This document shows positions 1-9,491 of a stretch of 47,042 nucleotides of DNA, piece by piece. Source of the DNA: Acidobacteriota bacterium. GTDB taxonomy: Bacteria > Acidobacteriota > Vicinamibacteria > Fen-336. A program made the position numbers and the translations under genes. The stretch lies in the NCBI GenBank assembly GCA_031369785.1, contig JANMPI010000510.1, positions 1 through 47,042 on the forward strand. Reading direction: 5' to 3'. How positions within the stretch are numbered: position 1 is the stretch's first letter; the number at the start of each line of letters is the position of its first letter. Under the pieces are notes generated by a model that saw only the letters and a list, made by a program, of their open reading frames with translations, made no database searches and was not told the origin of the DNA.

Positions 1-169
1 GGATGTCGAGGCCGAGCGCCACCAGCTTCGCGCCGGTGCGGACGATGTCGAGGAAGAGCGCCCGCGCGGTCGGGCGCGACTCCACGGCGTGCCCCTCCCG
101 GACGAGGAGCGGAACTTCGAGGAGCAGGCTGCGGGCATCGAGCCCGGCCACCAGGATCGGCGGCGGCAT
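1..169 (-). CDS. N-terminal 56 codons of an unknown protein running off the left edge (possibly a degenerate receiver-like fold)
   Basis: The reverse-complement ATG at 169-167 opens a frame with strong G/C third-position bias. It reads MPPPILVAGLDARSLLLEVPLLVREGHAVESRPTARALFLDIVRTGAKLVALGLDI and stays open to position 1. A GGAGG lies on the minus strand at 188-184, a rather long 14 nt upstream. The ORF is not in the supplied track. Confidence 0.3.
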   Translation of the reverse strand, partial: MPPPILVAGLDARSLLLEVPLLVREGHAVESRPTARALFLDIVRTGAKLVALGLDI

Positions 170-177
170 CGGTTAAC

Positions 178-183
178 TATAAT
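178..183 (+). promoter_or_regulatory. Perfect TATAAT hexamer 6 nt upstream of the ychF ATG (candidate -10 box of a leaderless transcript)
   Basis: TATAAT is read directly at 178-183 and the ATG is at 190. There is no purine-rich SD between them (CCTCCG). No convincing -35 hexamer was seen. Confidence 0.3.
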
Positions 184-189
184 CCTCCG

Positions 190-1269
190 ATGAAGGTCGG
201 CATCATTGGTCTGTCGTCCGTCGGCAAGAGCAGCCTCTTCCAGCTCCTGACCGGCGCCGCACCCACCGCACCCGGCAGCCGTCCGGAGGCGCGGATGGGC
301 ATCGCCCGCGTTCCCGATGCGCGCATCGAGAAGCTGTCGGAGATGTACAGGCCAAAGAAGAAGACGCCGGCGACGGTGGAGTACGTCGACGTTCCCGGGG
401 TAGGCAAGGGCGAGGGGTCCGCCCTCGTCGATCTGCCCGCGCTGCGCGGGGTCGACGCCCTCGTGCATGTCGTGCGCGCGTTCGAGTCCGACATGACGCC
501 GCACCCCGACGGCTCCGTCGATGCCATGCGCGACGCGCGGATGCTCGAGCTGGAGCTGATCCTCGCCGACCTGGGCGCGGTGGAGAAGCGGCTGGAGAAG
601 CTCGACTCCAACATCAAGAAGCTGAACAAGGCCGAGGACGTCTCCGAGCGCGTGCTCTTCCTCAAGATGAAGGAGGCGCTCGAGGCGGAGAAGCCGCTGC
701 GCGAGATGGAGCTCACGGACGACGAGCGGCGCCGCCTGCGCAACTACTCGTTTCTCACCGAGAAGCCGATCCTCCTCGTGGTGAACGTCGGCGAGGACCA
801 GATGAAGAACGCGGGCGCGCTCCTCGAGTCGTCCGGGCTCGCGGCGTTCGCGAAGGCGCCGGGCCGCGCGCTCTGCCCGGTGGCGGCCACCATCGAAGCC
901 GAGGTGGCGCAGTTGAGCCCCGAGGACGCCCGCGCTTTTCGCGAGGACCTCGGGCTCGAGGAGCCGGGCCTCGACCGCGTCATCCGCACTTCGTACGCGC
1001 TCCTCGGGCTCATCTCCTTCCTGACCGCCGGCGAGGACGAATGCCGTGCGTGGACCATCCGCAAGGGGACGAAGGCACAGATCGCCGCCGGCACCATCCA
1101 CTCCGACATCGAGCGCGGGTTCATCCGCGCCGAGGTGGTGGCGTTCGACGACCTCGTGGCCTCCGCCGGGTCGCTGCCGGCCTGCCGCGAGAAGGGAACG
1201 CTGCGCCTCGAGGGCAAGGAATACATCGTCCGCGACGGGGACGTCATCAACTTCCGCTTCAACGTTTGA
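190..1269 (+). CDS. ychF: Ribosome-binding ATPase YchF (Obg-like GTPase family)
   Basis: N-terminal P-loop MKVGIIGLSSVGKSSLFQLLT. The YchF-specific C-terminal TGS-like end is present (KGTLRLEGKEYIVRDGDVINFRFNV), as is the conserved FLTAGEDECRAWTIRKGTKA block. The ORF is 359 aa. Confidence 0.95.
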   Translation: MKVGIIGLSSVGKSSLFQLLTGAAPTAPGSRPEARMGIARVPDARIEKLSEMYRPKKKTPATVEYVDVPGVGKGEGSALVDLPALRGVDALVHVVRAFESDMTPHPDGSVDAMRDARMLELELILADLGAVEKRLEKLDSNIKKLNKAEDVSERVLFLKMKEALEAEKPLREMELTDDERRRLRNYSFLTEKPILLVVNVGEDQMKNAGALLESSGLAAFAKAPGRALCPVAATIEAEVAQLSPEDARAFREDLGLEEPGLDRVIRTSYALLGLISFLTAGEDECRAWTIRKGTKAQIAAGTIHSDIERGFIRAEVVAFDDLVASAGSLPACREKGTLRLEGKEYIVRDGDVINFRFNV

Positions 1270-2150
1270 CCTGTCCGCGCTGCCGGCGTCCGGTGGCGGT
1301 GGCGCGGCCGCAGTGCCTGTACTGCGGGGCGGACGTCTCCTCGCTCGTGCCCGCGGCGCGCTCGCATGGTGCGGCGGCGCCGGCCGCGCTCGCCCCCCCC
1401 GACCCGCGGCCGGACCGCGGGCTGGTGATCGTGGCCCGCGACGGCGCGGACCCGGCGCGGCTGGAAGCGGCCCTCCACCTCTCCCCGTACGAAGCCGCGC
1501 AATGGGCGCGGCGGGGCGGGTTTCACCTCTACCGCGCGGTGCCCTCCGCGGACGCGGAGGCGGAGCGGGAGCGAATCACCGCCCACGGAATCGTGGCTTT
1601 CACGTTCGCGGAAGCCGACGTGCGCGCGGCGGCGGATCCGGTGCCGGTCCTGGGCGGAGTCTTCGACGGCACGGCGTTGCGGCTCCGGACGCGCGCGGGC
1701 ACGGTCGCGATCGTGGCCGCCGACATCCTCCTCGTGGTGAAGGGCCCGATCGCCCGTGAGCACCCGGTGAGCGAGAGCCTGCGCTTCCCGCGCATTGCCA
1801 CCCTCGAGCCCGGGTACCGCTTCCACGTCCATCGCCATGCCGATCCCCGCCCGGTGGAGATCGATCCCGGCGCGTTCGACTTCGGCCTCGCACGAGCGGG
1901 CGAGGGCTCATCCCTCGAGGTCGCGGGATGGATCGCGGCCTTGACCACGTCGTCGCCCGTCGACGACGGCTTCCGCCGCCTGACTCCGGCCCTGGCGCCG
2001 GTGATCGCGCCCCCCGGCGCGTCCGCTCGCCCCGAGGACGCCTTGCGCACCAGTGCGTCGGCGACGCCCGCCATCCTCGACAACCTCGCCCAGTTCCGCT
2101 TCTACTCCGCCTGGCGCGGGGCCGTGGAGCGCGCGGCACGGCTTCGCTAA
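1266..2150 (+). CDS. Hypothetical protein with N-terminal CxxC-x10-CxxC zinc-ribbon
   Basis: The TTG at 1266 overlaps the ychF TGA (TTGA), the same junction type used repeatedly in this window. The N-terminus reads LTCPRCRRPVAVARPQCLYCG. Coding-like third-position bias continues after the ychF stop. The 1041-1265 part of the listed ORF lies in an alternative frame of ychF. I recognise no other domain. Confidence 0.5.
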   Translation: MTCPRCRRPVAVARPQCLYCGADVSSLVPAARSHGAAAPAALAPPDPRPDRGLVIVARDGADPARLEAALHLSPYEAAQWARRGGFHLYRAVPSADAEAERERITAHGIVAFTFAEADVRAAADPVPVLGGVFDGTALRLRTRAGTVAIVAADILLVVKGPIAREHPVSESLRFPRIATLEPGYRFHVHRHADPRPVEIDPGAFDFGLARAGEGSSLEVAGWIAALTTSSPVDDGFRRLTPALAPVIAPPGASARPEDALRTSASATPAILDNLAQFRFYSAWRGAVERAARLR

Positions 2151-2187
2151 CCGCGGTTCCGGGCCCTGTGCTACGGTTTCGCGTCGC

Positions 2188-3138
2188 ATGAAGCTCATCG
2201 TCCAGATCCCCTGCCTGAACGAGCACGACACGCTGCCGGCGACGCTGGCCGCCATCCCGCGCGTGATCCCCGGGATCGACGTGGTCGAGGTCCTGATCAT
2301 CGACGACGGCTCCACGGACGGCACGGCCGAAGTCGCCCGCGCCCACGGCGCCGATCACGTCGTGCGCTTCACCCGCCGGAAGGGCCTGGCGGCCGGCTTC
2401 ATGGCCGGGCTCGACGCGTGCCTGCGCCTCGGCGCCGACATCATCGTGAACACCGACGCCGACCATCAGTACCCCGGCCACCAGATCCCGATGCTGGTGG
2501 CGCCCATCCTGCGCGGCGAGGCGGACATGGTGGTGGGCGACCGCGAGGTGCACGGCATCGCGCACTTCTCGTGGACCAAGCGCCAGCTGCAGGGCGTCGG
2601 CTCGTGGGTGGTGCGCAAGGTGTCCGGCACCACGGTCGCGGACGCGACCAGCGGCTTCCGCGCGCTGAACCGCGAGGCCGCGCTGCGCATCAACATCGTG
2701 AGCGAGTTCACCTACACCCTGGAGTCGATCATCCAGGCCGGCAAGAAGAAGATGGCGGTCGCGCATCTCCCCATCGCGAGCCACGAGACCCGCGAGTCGC
2801 GGCTTTTCTCCTCGACCTGGGAGTACGTGAAGCGCAGCGGGGCCACCATCATCCGCATCTACGCGATGTACGAGCCGCTGAAGGTGTTCGTGCTCCTCGG
2901 CTCGGCGCTGCTCTTCGGCGGCTTCGTGCTCGGGGCGCGATACGCGTACTTCTGGGCCCTCGGCGACATCCGCGGCCACCTGCAGTCGGCGATCCTGTCC
3001 GTCCTGCTGCTGATCCTCGGCTTCCAGACCCTGCAGTGGGGGATCATGGCCGACCTCGTGGCCAGCAATCGGAAGCTCCTCGAGGACCTGTTGTACCGCG
3101 TCCGCAAGGCCGAGCTCACGGACCGGCCGCGTGGCTGA
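2188..3138 (+). CDS. GT2 glycosyltransferase, GtrB/ArnC/DPM1-like (polyprenyl-phosphate sugar synthase type) with C-terminal TM hairpin
   Basis: The ATG at 2188 (MKLIVQIPCLNE) is in frame within ORF 2053-3138. Motifs: IIDDGSTDGT and NTDADHQY (DxD). There are two C-terminal hydrophobic helices (VFVLLGSALLFGGFVLG, AILSVLLLILGFQTLQWGI). Confidence 0.85.
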   Translation: MKLIVQIPCLNEHDTLPATLAAIPRVIPGIDVVEVLIIDDGSTDGTAEVARAHGADHVVRFTRRKGLAAGFMAGLDACLRLGADIIVNTDADHQYPGHQIPMLVAPILRGEADMVVGDREVHGIAHFSWTKRQLQGVGSWVVRKVSGTTVADATSGFRALNREAALRINIVSEFTYTLESIIQAGKKKMAVAHLPIASHETRESRLFSSTWEYVKRSGATIIRIYAMYEPLKVFVLLGSALLFGGFVLGARYAYFWALGDIRGHLQSAILSVLLLILGFQTLQWGIMADLVASNRKLLEDLLYRVRKAELTDRPRG

Positions 3139-3982
3139 GCCGCGGGACGTCTCGGTGGTGATCCCGGCCTTCAATGAAGAAGGCGGGATCGCGGACGTCG
3201 TGCGCCGCCTCGCCGCCGTCGGGCCGTGGCGGGAGATCGTCGTCGTGGACGACGGCTCCACCGACGCCACCGCCGCGCGGGCAGCCGATGCCGGCGCGCG
3301 CGTCGTCCGACATCCCTACAACAAGGGCAACGGCGCTTCGGTGAAGACGGGGATACGGGAAGCGGCCGGCTCCGTCGTGCTGCTCCTGGACGCCGACGGC
3401 CAGCACGATCCCGGGGAGGCGCTTTCCGTCATCGCCCCGGTGGGCATCCACGACATGGTCATCGGCGCCCGGCGCGCGGCGGATCAGACCCTGGTGCGCG
3501 CGCTCGGAAACCGTGCGTTCAATGGACTGGCGTCCTGGCTCACGGACCGGCCGATCCCCGACCTCACGTCCGGGTTCCGCGCCGCGCGCCGCGACCGGCT
3601 GCTCGACGTCATCCACCTCCTGCCCAACGGCTTCTCCTACCCGACCACGTCGTGCCTCGCCTTCCTGAAGGCCGGCCTGAACGTTCTCTTCGTCCCCGTC
3701 ACCGCGCGCCCGCGCATCGGCAGGAGCAAGATCCGCGTGGTGCGCGACGGCGTGCGCTTCCTGCTCATCATCCTGAAGATCGTCACCCTTTACAGCCCGA
3801 TGAAGGTCTTCTTCCCCATCTCCGCGGCATCGCTCGTGGTGGGGATCGCGTACGGCATCTGGAACGTCGTGCGCTACGACAAGATCCCGATGGGGGCGGC
3901 GCTCCTCATCCAGCTCGGCGTGGTGGTCTTCCTCTTCGGGCTCATCTCCGAGCAGATCGCGTCCGCGCAGGACCGGAAGTGA
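3131..3982 (+). CDS. GT2 glycosyltransferase, GtrB/CsbB-like with C-terminal TM hairpin
   Basis: VSVVIPAFNEEGGI, VVVDDGSTDAT, LLDADGQHDP, and two C-terminal TM helices. The GTG start overlaps the upstream stop by 8 nt (GTGGCTGA). Confidence 0.85.
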   Translation: MAEPRDVSVVIPAFNEEGGIADVVRRLAAVGPWREIVVVDDGSTDATAARAADAGARVVRHPYNKGNGASVKTGIREAAGSVVLLLDADGQHDPGEALSVIAPVGIHDMVIGARRAADQTLVRALGNRAFNGLASWLTDRPIPDLTSGFRAARRDRLLDVIHLLPNGFSYPTTSCLAFLKAGLNVLFVPVTARPRIGRSKIRVVRDGVRFLLIILKIVTLYSPMKVFFPISAASLVVGIAYGIWNVVRYDKIPMGAALLIQLGVVVFLFGLISEQIASAQDRK

Positions 3983-4001
3983 GGGCGGCCGGCGCGGCCG
4001 C

Positions 4002-6647
4002 ATGACGGTTCGCCGCAACGACGTCCTCCTCATCGTCCTGCTGGCCGCGCTCCCGCTCCTCGCCTACCTGCCCGCGCTCCGCGCCGGGCGGCTGCTCGGG
4101 CCCGGGGACGGCGCCGACCTGCACCTGCCGCTGCGCGCCGCGGTGTGGGAGTCCTATCGCAGCGGCGACCTCCCGGCATGGAACCCCGGGATCTTCCTGG
4201 GCACGCCGCTCCTCGCCGCCTATCGTCCCGGGGCTTTCTACCCGCCGATGTTCGCTCTCGCCGCGCTCCCGTCCTTCACCGCCTTCCAGGTCCTCGTCCT
4301 GGCTTCGCTCGCGGCCAGCGGCCCGCTCGTCTTCCTGTATGTGCGGCGCCTGGGGGGCGAGGGCATCGGCGCCTTCGTGGCCGGGATGAGCTACGCGCTG
4401 GGTCCGTATCTCGTGGGCCACCTCGGAGACACCGCGACCGTGACCGCGGCGCCGCTCCTGCCCCTCCTGCTCCTCGCCGCCGAGTCGCACGTGAATCGCG
4501 CCCGCGCCGGACGCGCCGCCGGCCTCGCGGCCGCGATCGCGCTGGTGGTGCTGGCCGGATCCCCGGAAGCGACACGGGCCGCGGGCGCCCTGCTCATCGG
4601 CCGGCTTCTCGTCGCTCATCTCCTGCCCGGCGAGCGCACCCCCCGGCCGGGGGTGAGCGTCCTCGCGATCGCGGCCGGCCTCGCCCTCGCCGCACCGCAA
4701 TGGGCGCCGACGCTTCTGGCCCTCCGCGACGCGGGACGAGCCGTCACCGGGCTCGCCTCGCCGGAGACGCCGCTCCCCGGGTTCTTCGGCCTCGTGCTGC
4801 GCTACGCGTCGCACACGCCCGCGCCCGCGCTCGCCCTCGCCGCGCTGCCCCTCGCCATCACGCAGACGCCGGTGCGGGTCCTCGGGTCCGCGCTCCTCAT
4901 CAGCCTTGCCCTGCAGTGGGGACGCGGGCCGCTGGCCGCCGCGGGATCGCTGGCCATCGTCTTCGATCTCACGCTGTGCATCCTCGCCGGCCTGTCGCTC
5001 TCCGCGCAGTGGCGGACCCGGCGCTCGCCCGGCGGCGCGCGCCTCCGCGCCTATTTCCTCGTGGCCGCGCTCGCGTCGTCGGCCGCGCTCTCGGTGGCCG
5101 CCGCCGTCCTCGGGCCGCTGCCCCAGACGCTCGCGGGCGCGGTCGGCGTCCTCGCCTTGAGCCTCATCCTGTATTTCTCCCTCGCGTCGTCCCCGCACGC
5201 GCTGCGCGCCGGCCTGTGGCTGCTGCCGCTCACGGTGTCGTTCCTCCTCCAGCCCCACGGCCGCGGCGCCTGGAGCGATGCGCCGACGCGTGACGAGCTC
5301 TACCGCGGCTCGGGCACCCGCGAGGCGGTGCAGCGCGCGATGGGCGTCCTCGGCCACGACCGCGTGCTGACCCTCGTTCGCCGCTGGCCGCACGGCCGCG
5401 AGGCCGACCTCGCCTACGCGAACCGCGCGGTCTTCACCGGCGGGCGGAGCGCCAACGGGTACGACCCGATGGTGCCGCTGCGCACGCGGATGGCGCTCGG
5501 CGCGATGAACGTCGGCGGCATCCTGCCCGGCGCGTTCTTCCGCTCCGATCCCGCCCGTCTGGCGCTGCTCGGCATCCGCTGGGTGCAGGTCCCGGTGGAT
5601 CTCCTCGGCGGCGATCCGGGATCGATGGGCCGCGGCGAGCCGCTCGACATCACCCTCCAGCCGGGAGACGCGCGGCTCTTCCCGTTGCCGATGATCCCCG
5701 CCACGCAGATCGTGCTCGTCTCGTCACTCTCCGACGCCGTTTCCATCCCCCAGGACGAGACCGTCGTCCGGGTGCGCGCCCGCCTCGCCTCGACCGGACG
5801 CGAGTTCGTCCTCGAGGTGCGGGCCGGCGTCCACACCGCGGAATGGGCGCTCGATCGCGCCGACGTCCGCGCACGGGCCGCGCATCGCCGTCCCGACATC
5901 GCGCAGACGTGGCCCGGCCCCGGCGGCGGCTTCGAGGCCCATCTCTACCAGGGCGTGCTGCCCCTTCCCGGCCGGTACTACCTCGACGGACTCTCCGTCG
6001 AGCGCTTGCCGGGGCGCGGCGCGCTGCGGCTCGCGCACCTCGCGGTCGTGGACGAGGTCACCCATCGCACGACGTCGATCGCCCTCGGCGCGTCGTACGT
6101 GAGCGACACGCGCCATCTCGTGGAACGCGCGGCCACGCCCGCGGTGCGCCTGTTCGAGGCGCCGGCCGGGGCCGCCGCCCGCGTCGTCCCGCGGCTGCGG
6201 GTCCTCGCCGACGACGACGCCGTGCTCGAGGCGCTCGGCGCCGCGACGCGGCTCGGCATCGATCCCGCCCACGAAGCGCTGGCCACCGCCGCCGATGCCG
6301 CGGGGGTGCGGATGCCGGACGCGGCGCGGGCGGGGCGCGCGGAGATGGCGCGGTCGGACGGCGCGCGCATCGAGGTCCGCGGCGAGGGGCCGGGCCTCCT
6401 CGTCATGGCCGCGGCGTGGGATCGCGGGTGGACGGCGTCCATCGACGACCGGGCGGTGCCGCTCCTGCGCGTGAACCACGCCGAGATGGCCGTCCCCCTC
6501 GAGGCCGGCATCCATCGCGTCGTCCTGCGCTACCACGCCCGCGGGCTCGCCGCCGGGCTCGCCCTCGCCGCCGCCGCGGCGGCCGGAATCGGCCTCGCCC
6601 TCGCGCGGGCGAAGGTTGACCCTTCTCCGAAGCGCGTGCTAGCGTGA
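4002..6647 (+). CDS. Large polytopic membrane protein, YfhO-like GT-C-type glycosyltransferase candidate
   Basis: 881 aa. The N-terminal motif SGDLPAWNPGIFLGTPLLAAYRPGAFYPPM resembles the YfhO signature (lPlWNP..fgG.P). About 12 or more hydrophobic segments are followed by a roughly 400-aa soluble C-terminal region. It sits immediately downstream of two GtrB/CsbB-like GT2 genes. Confidence 0.6.
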   Translation: MTVRRNDVLLIVLLAALPLLAYLPALRAGRLLGPGDGADLHLPLRAAVWESYRSGDLPAWNPGIFLGTPLLAAYRPGAFYPPMFALAALPSFTAFQVLVLASLAASGPLVFLYVRRLGGEGIGAFVAGMSYALGPYLVGHLGDTATVTAAPLLPLLLLAAESHVNRARAGRAAGLAAAIALVVLAGSPEATRAAGALLIGRLLVAHLLPGERTPRPGVSVLAIAAGLALAAPQWAPTLLALRDAGRAVTGLASPETPLPGFFGLVLRYASHTPAPALALAALPLAITQTPVRVLGSALLISLALQWGRGPLAAAGSLAIVFDLTLCILAGLSLSAQWRTRRSPGGARLRAYFLVAALASSAALSVAAAVLGPLPQTLAGAVGVLALSLILYFSLASSPHALRAGLWLLPLTVSFLLQPHGRGAWSDAPTRDELYRGSGTREAVQRAMGVLGHDRVLTLVRRWPHGREADLAYANRAVFTGGRSANGYDPMVPLRTRMALGAMNVGGILPGAFFRSDPARLALLGIRWVQVPVDLLGGDPGSMGRGEPLDITLQPGDARLFPLPMIPATQIVLVSSLSDAVSIPQDETVVRVRARLASTGREFVLEVRAGVHTAEWALDRADVRARAAHRRPDIAQTWPGPGGGFEAHLYQGVLPLPGRYYLDGLSVERLPGRGALRLAHLAVVDEVTHRTTSIALGASYVSDTRHLVERAATPAVRLFEAPAGAAARVVPRLRVLADDDAVLEALGAATRLGIDPAHEALATAADAAGVRMPDAARAGRAEMARSDGARIEVRGEGPGLLVMAAAWDRGWTASIDDRAVPLLRVNHAEMAVPLEAGIHRVVLRYHARGLAAGLALAAAAAAGIGLALARAKVDPSPKRVLA

Positions 6648-7396
6648 CCGTTTTCCCGATGAAACCCAGCCTTTCCATCTTCTTCCCGGCCTACAACGAC
6701 GCGGGGACGATCGCGAGCCTCGTGCTCGTCGCCCACATGACGGCGCGCCAGATCACCGACGACTACGAGGTGATCGTGGTCAACGATGCGAGCCCCGACC
6801 ACACCGGCGAGCTGCTCGACGAGATGGTGCGCACCTACCCCTGGCTCAAGGTCGTCCACCACGCGCAAAACCGGGGCTACGGCGGCGCGCTCCGCAGCGG
6901 CTTCGCCGCCGCGACCAAGGATCTCGTCTTCTACACCGACGGGGACGCCCAGTACGACCCGCGCGAGCTGCTGAAGCTCTACGAAGCGTTCGGCCCCGGC
7001 GTCGACTTCGTGAACGGGATCAAGATTGCGCGCTCCGATCCCTTCCATCGCAAGGTGATCGGCCGCATCTACCACACGTTCGTGAAGACGATGTTCGGCC
7101 TCCGGCTGGAGGACGTGGACTGCGATTTCCGGCTCATGCGCCGCGCGGTGTTCGAGAAGGTGACCCTCACCCGCTCGTCGGGGGTCATCTGCGTCGAGCT
7201 CATGAAGAAGGTGCAGGACCACGGCTTCCGCATCGCCGAGGTGCCGGTGAACCACTTCCACCGCGCCTACGGCCGCAGCCAGTTCTTCAACGTGCCGCGG
7301 GTGGCGCGCACGCTCGCCGACCTCGCGAAGCTGTGGCTCGAGCTCGTGCTCCGCAAACAGCACCTGCGCGGGGAGCCGGTCGCGGTGAAGTCCTGA
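6644..7396 (+). CDS. GT2 glycosyltransferase (DPM1/ArnC-like catalytic domain, no TM tail)
   Basis: LSIFFPAYNDAGTI, VVNDASPDHT, YTDGDAQYDP. The GTG at 6644 overlaps the upstream TGA (GTGA). Confidence 0.85.
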   Translation: MTVFPMKPSLSIFFPAYNDAGTIASLVLVAHMTARQITDDYEVIVVNDASPDHTGELLDEMVRTYPWLKVVHHAQNRGYGGALRSGFAAATKDLVFYTDGDAQYDPRELLKLYEAFGPGVDFVNGIKIARSDPFHRKVIGRIYHTFVKTMFGLRLEDVDCDFRLMRRAVFEKVTLTRSSGVICVELMKKVQDHGFRIAEVPVNHFHRAYGRSQFFNVPRVARTLADLAKLWLELVLRKQHLRGEPVAVKS

Positions 7397-7425
7397 ATCA
7401 CCTCGAGTTCTACCGCGGCCGCAAG

Positions 7426-8382
7426 GTGATGGTCACCGGCGCGCTGGGGTTCATCGGCTCCAACCTGTGCCGCACCCTGGCCGACCTCGGCGCGCAAGTC
7501 CTCGCCGTCGACAGCCTCCTTCCCGATTACGGCGGCAACCTCTTCAACCTCGCCGGCTACGAGGACAAGGTCCGCATCAACATCGCCGACGTGCGCGGCC
7601 ATGCCATGGAGTACCTCGTCCGCGACCAGGAGGTGCTGTTCAACCTCGCCGGCCAGGTGAGCCACATCGACTCCATGACCGACCCCTTCACCGATCTCGA
7701 GATCAACTGCCGGAGCCAGCTCTGGATCCTGGAGGCGGTGCGGAAGAACAACCCCGGCGTGAAAATGGTGTACGCGGGGACGCGGCAGGTGTACGGCAAG
7801 CCGAAGAGCCTGCCCGTGGACGAGACGCACCTGCTGAATCCCACCGACGTCAACGGCATCAACAAGATCTCGGGCGAGCTCTATCATCTCGTCTACCACT
7901 CGGTTTACGGCGTGCGCGCCTCGTCCCTGCGCCTCACCAACACCTACGGCCCGCGGCAGCTCATCAAGCACCCCCGGCAGGGCTTCATCGGGTGGTTCGT
8001 GCGCAAGGTCGTGCTCGGCGAGGAAATCCAGATCTTCGGCGACGGCGCCCAGCTCCGCGACTTCGACTACGTGGACGACGTGGTGGATGCCTTCCTCCGC
8101 GCGGGGGCGGCGGACGCCGCCGACGGGCAGGTGTTCAACCTCGGCGGCGAGGCGCCGGTCTCGCTGCTCGACCTCGTGAAGCTGATGATCGAGATCGCCG
8201 GCCGGGGGTCGTACACGCTGGTCCCGTTCCCCCCCGAGCGGAAGCGCATCGATATCGGCGACTTCTACGGCGATGCGACCAAGATCCACGACGTGCTGGG
8301 CTGGAAGCCGAGGGTCGGCCTGCGTGAAGGGCTGGCCCGCACCATCGACTACTATCGCGCGCACAAGGACGAATACCTGTGA
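7426..8382 (+). CDS. Extended-SDR NAD-dependent sugar-nucleotide epimerase/dehydratase family protein (atypical active site)
   Basis: Rossmann motif VMVTGALGFIGSNL. It ends with family-typical TNTYGPRQ and DFDYVDDVV blocks. The start is taken as GTG 7426 or ATG 7429. The ATG at 7333 would overlap the upstream gene by 64 nt and cannot be excluded. Confidence 0.8.
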   Translation: MMVTGALGFIGSNLCRTLADLGAQVLAVDSLLPDYGGNLFNLAGYEDKVRINIADVRGHAMEYLVRDQEVLFNLAGQVSHIDSMTDPFTDLEINCRSQLWILEAVRKNNPGVKMVYAGTRQVYGKPKSLPVDETHLLNPTDVNGINKISGELYHLVYHSVYGVRASSLRLTNTYGPRQLIKHPRQGFIGWFVRKVVLGEEIQIFGDGAQLRDFDYVDDVVDAFLRAGAADAADGQVFNLGGEAPVSLLDLVKLMIEIAGRGSYTLVPFPPERKRIDIGDFYGDATKIHDVLGWKPRVGLREGLARTIDYYRAHKDEYL

Positions 8383-9491
8383 CCGCCGTGCCCTTCGTCG
8401 ACTTCAAGGCCCACGTCCGCGCCATCCGTCCGGAGATCGATGCCGCGGTGGCGCGCGTGCTCGATTCCGGGTGGTTCATCCTCGGCCCCGAGGGGGAGGC
8501 CTTCGAGCGCGAGCTCGCTTCGTTCCTGGGCGCGCGGGAGGCGGTGGCGGTCGCCAACGGGACGGAGGCGATCCAGCTCGCCCTCGAAGGGCTCGGCATC
8601 GGGAGCGGCGCAGAGGTGATCACGTCACCGCTCACCGCCGCCTTCACGGCGCTCGCGATCCTGCGCGCCGGCGCGCGGCCGGTGTTCGCCGACCTCGATC
8701 CGGTCACCTTGAACGTGGCGCCGGCTGCCGTCGCCGCCGCGATCACCCCCCTCACGCGGGCGATCCTCCCCGTTCATCTCTACGGCCACCCCGCCGACCT
8801 CGATCCGCTGCTGGCGCTCGGCCGCGAACGCGGCGTCGCGGTGATCGAAGACGCCTGCCAGGCCGCGGGCGCGTCCTACAAGGGACGCCGCGTGGGGGCC
8901 CTGTCCGGGATCGGCGCGCTGTCCTTCTATCCGACCAAGAACCTGGGCGCGCTCGGAGACGGCGGCGCCATCCTCGTGCAGGATCCGCAGGTGGCGGCAC
9001 GGCTCCGCCGGCTGCGCAACGGCGGGCAGAGCGACCGCTATCGTCACGAGATCGCGGGCATCAACAGCCGCCTCGACGAGGTGCAGGCCGCGATCCTCCG
9101 CGTCGGGCTGCGCCACCTCGAAGAGTGGACGGCACGCCGGACGGCGATCGCGGGCCGGTACCGCGCCGGCCTCGCCGGGACCTCTGGGCTGACCCTTCCC
9201 CGCGACGAGCCCTACGCGTCCCCCGCTTATCATCTCTATGTCGTTCGCCATGCGCAGCGCGACGCGCTCGCGGCGGGGCTCGCGAAGCGGGAGGTCGGTA
9301 CGCTCATTCACTATCCGATCCCGCTGCACCTGCAGCCCGCGTTCGAGGGGACGGGGCGCCCCGGAGCCTTCCCCATCGCCGAGCGGGCCGCCCGCGAGAT
9401 CCTGTCCCTGCCGCTTTATCCCGAGATGCCGGACGCGCACGTCGACGTCGTCATCGAGGCGGTCCGCGCGGTGTCCGCGACCCTCCGCTGA
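8379..9491 (+). CDS. DegT/DnrJ/EryC1/StrS-family PLP-dependent sugar aminotransferase
   Basis: GWFILGPEGEAFERELASFLG, NGTEAIQLAL and the PLP-lysine context SFYPTKNLGALGDGGAI. GTGA overlap with the upstream gene. Confidence 0.9.
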   Translation: MTAVPFVDFKAHVRAIRPEIDAAVARVLDSGWFILGPEGEAFERELASFLGAREAVAVANGTEAIQLALEGLGIGSGAEVITSPLTAAFTALAILRAGARPVFADLDPVTLNVAPAAVAAAITPLTRAILPVHLYGHPADLDPLLALGRERGVAVIEDACQAAGASYKGRRVGALSGIGALSFYPTKNLGALGDGGAILVQDPQVAARLRRLRNGGQSDRYRHEIAGINSRLDEVQAAILRVGLRHLEEWTARRTAIAGRYRAGLAGTSGLTLPRDEPYASPAYHLYVVRHAQRDALAAGLAKREVGTLIHYPIPLHLQPAFEGTGRPGAFPIAERAAREILSLPLYPEMPDAHVDVVIEAVRAVSATLR

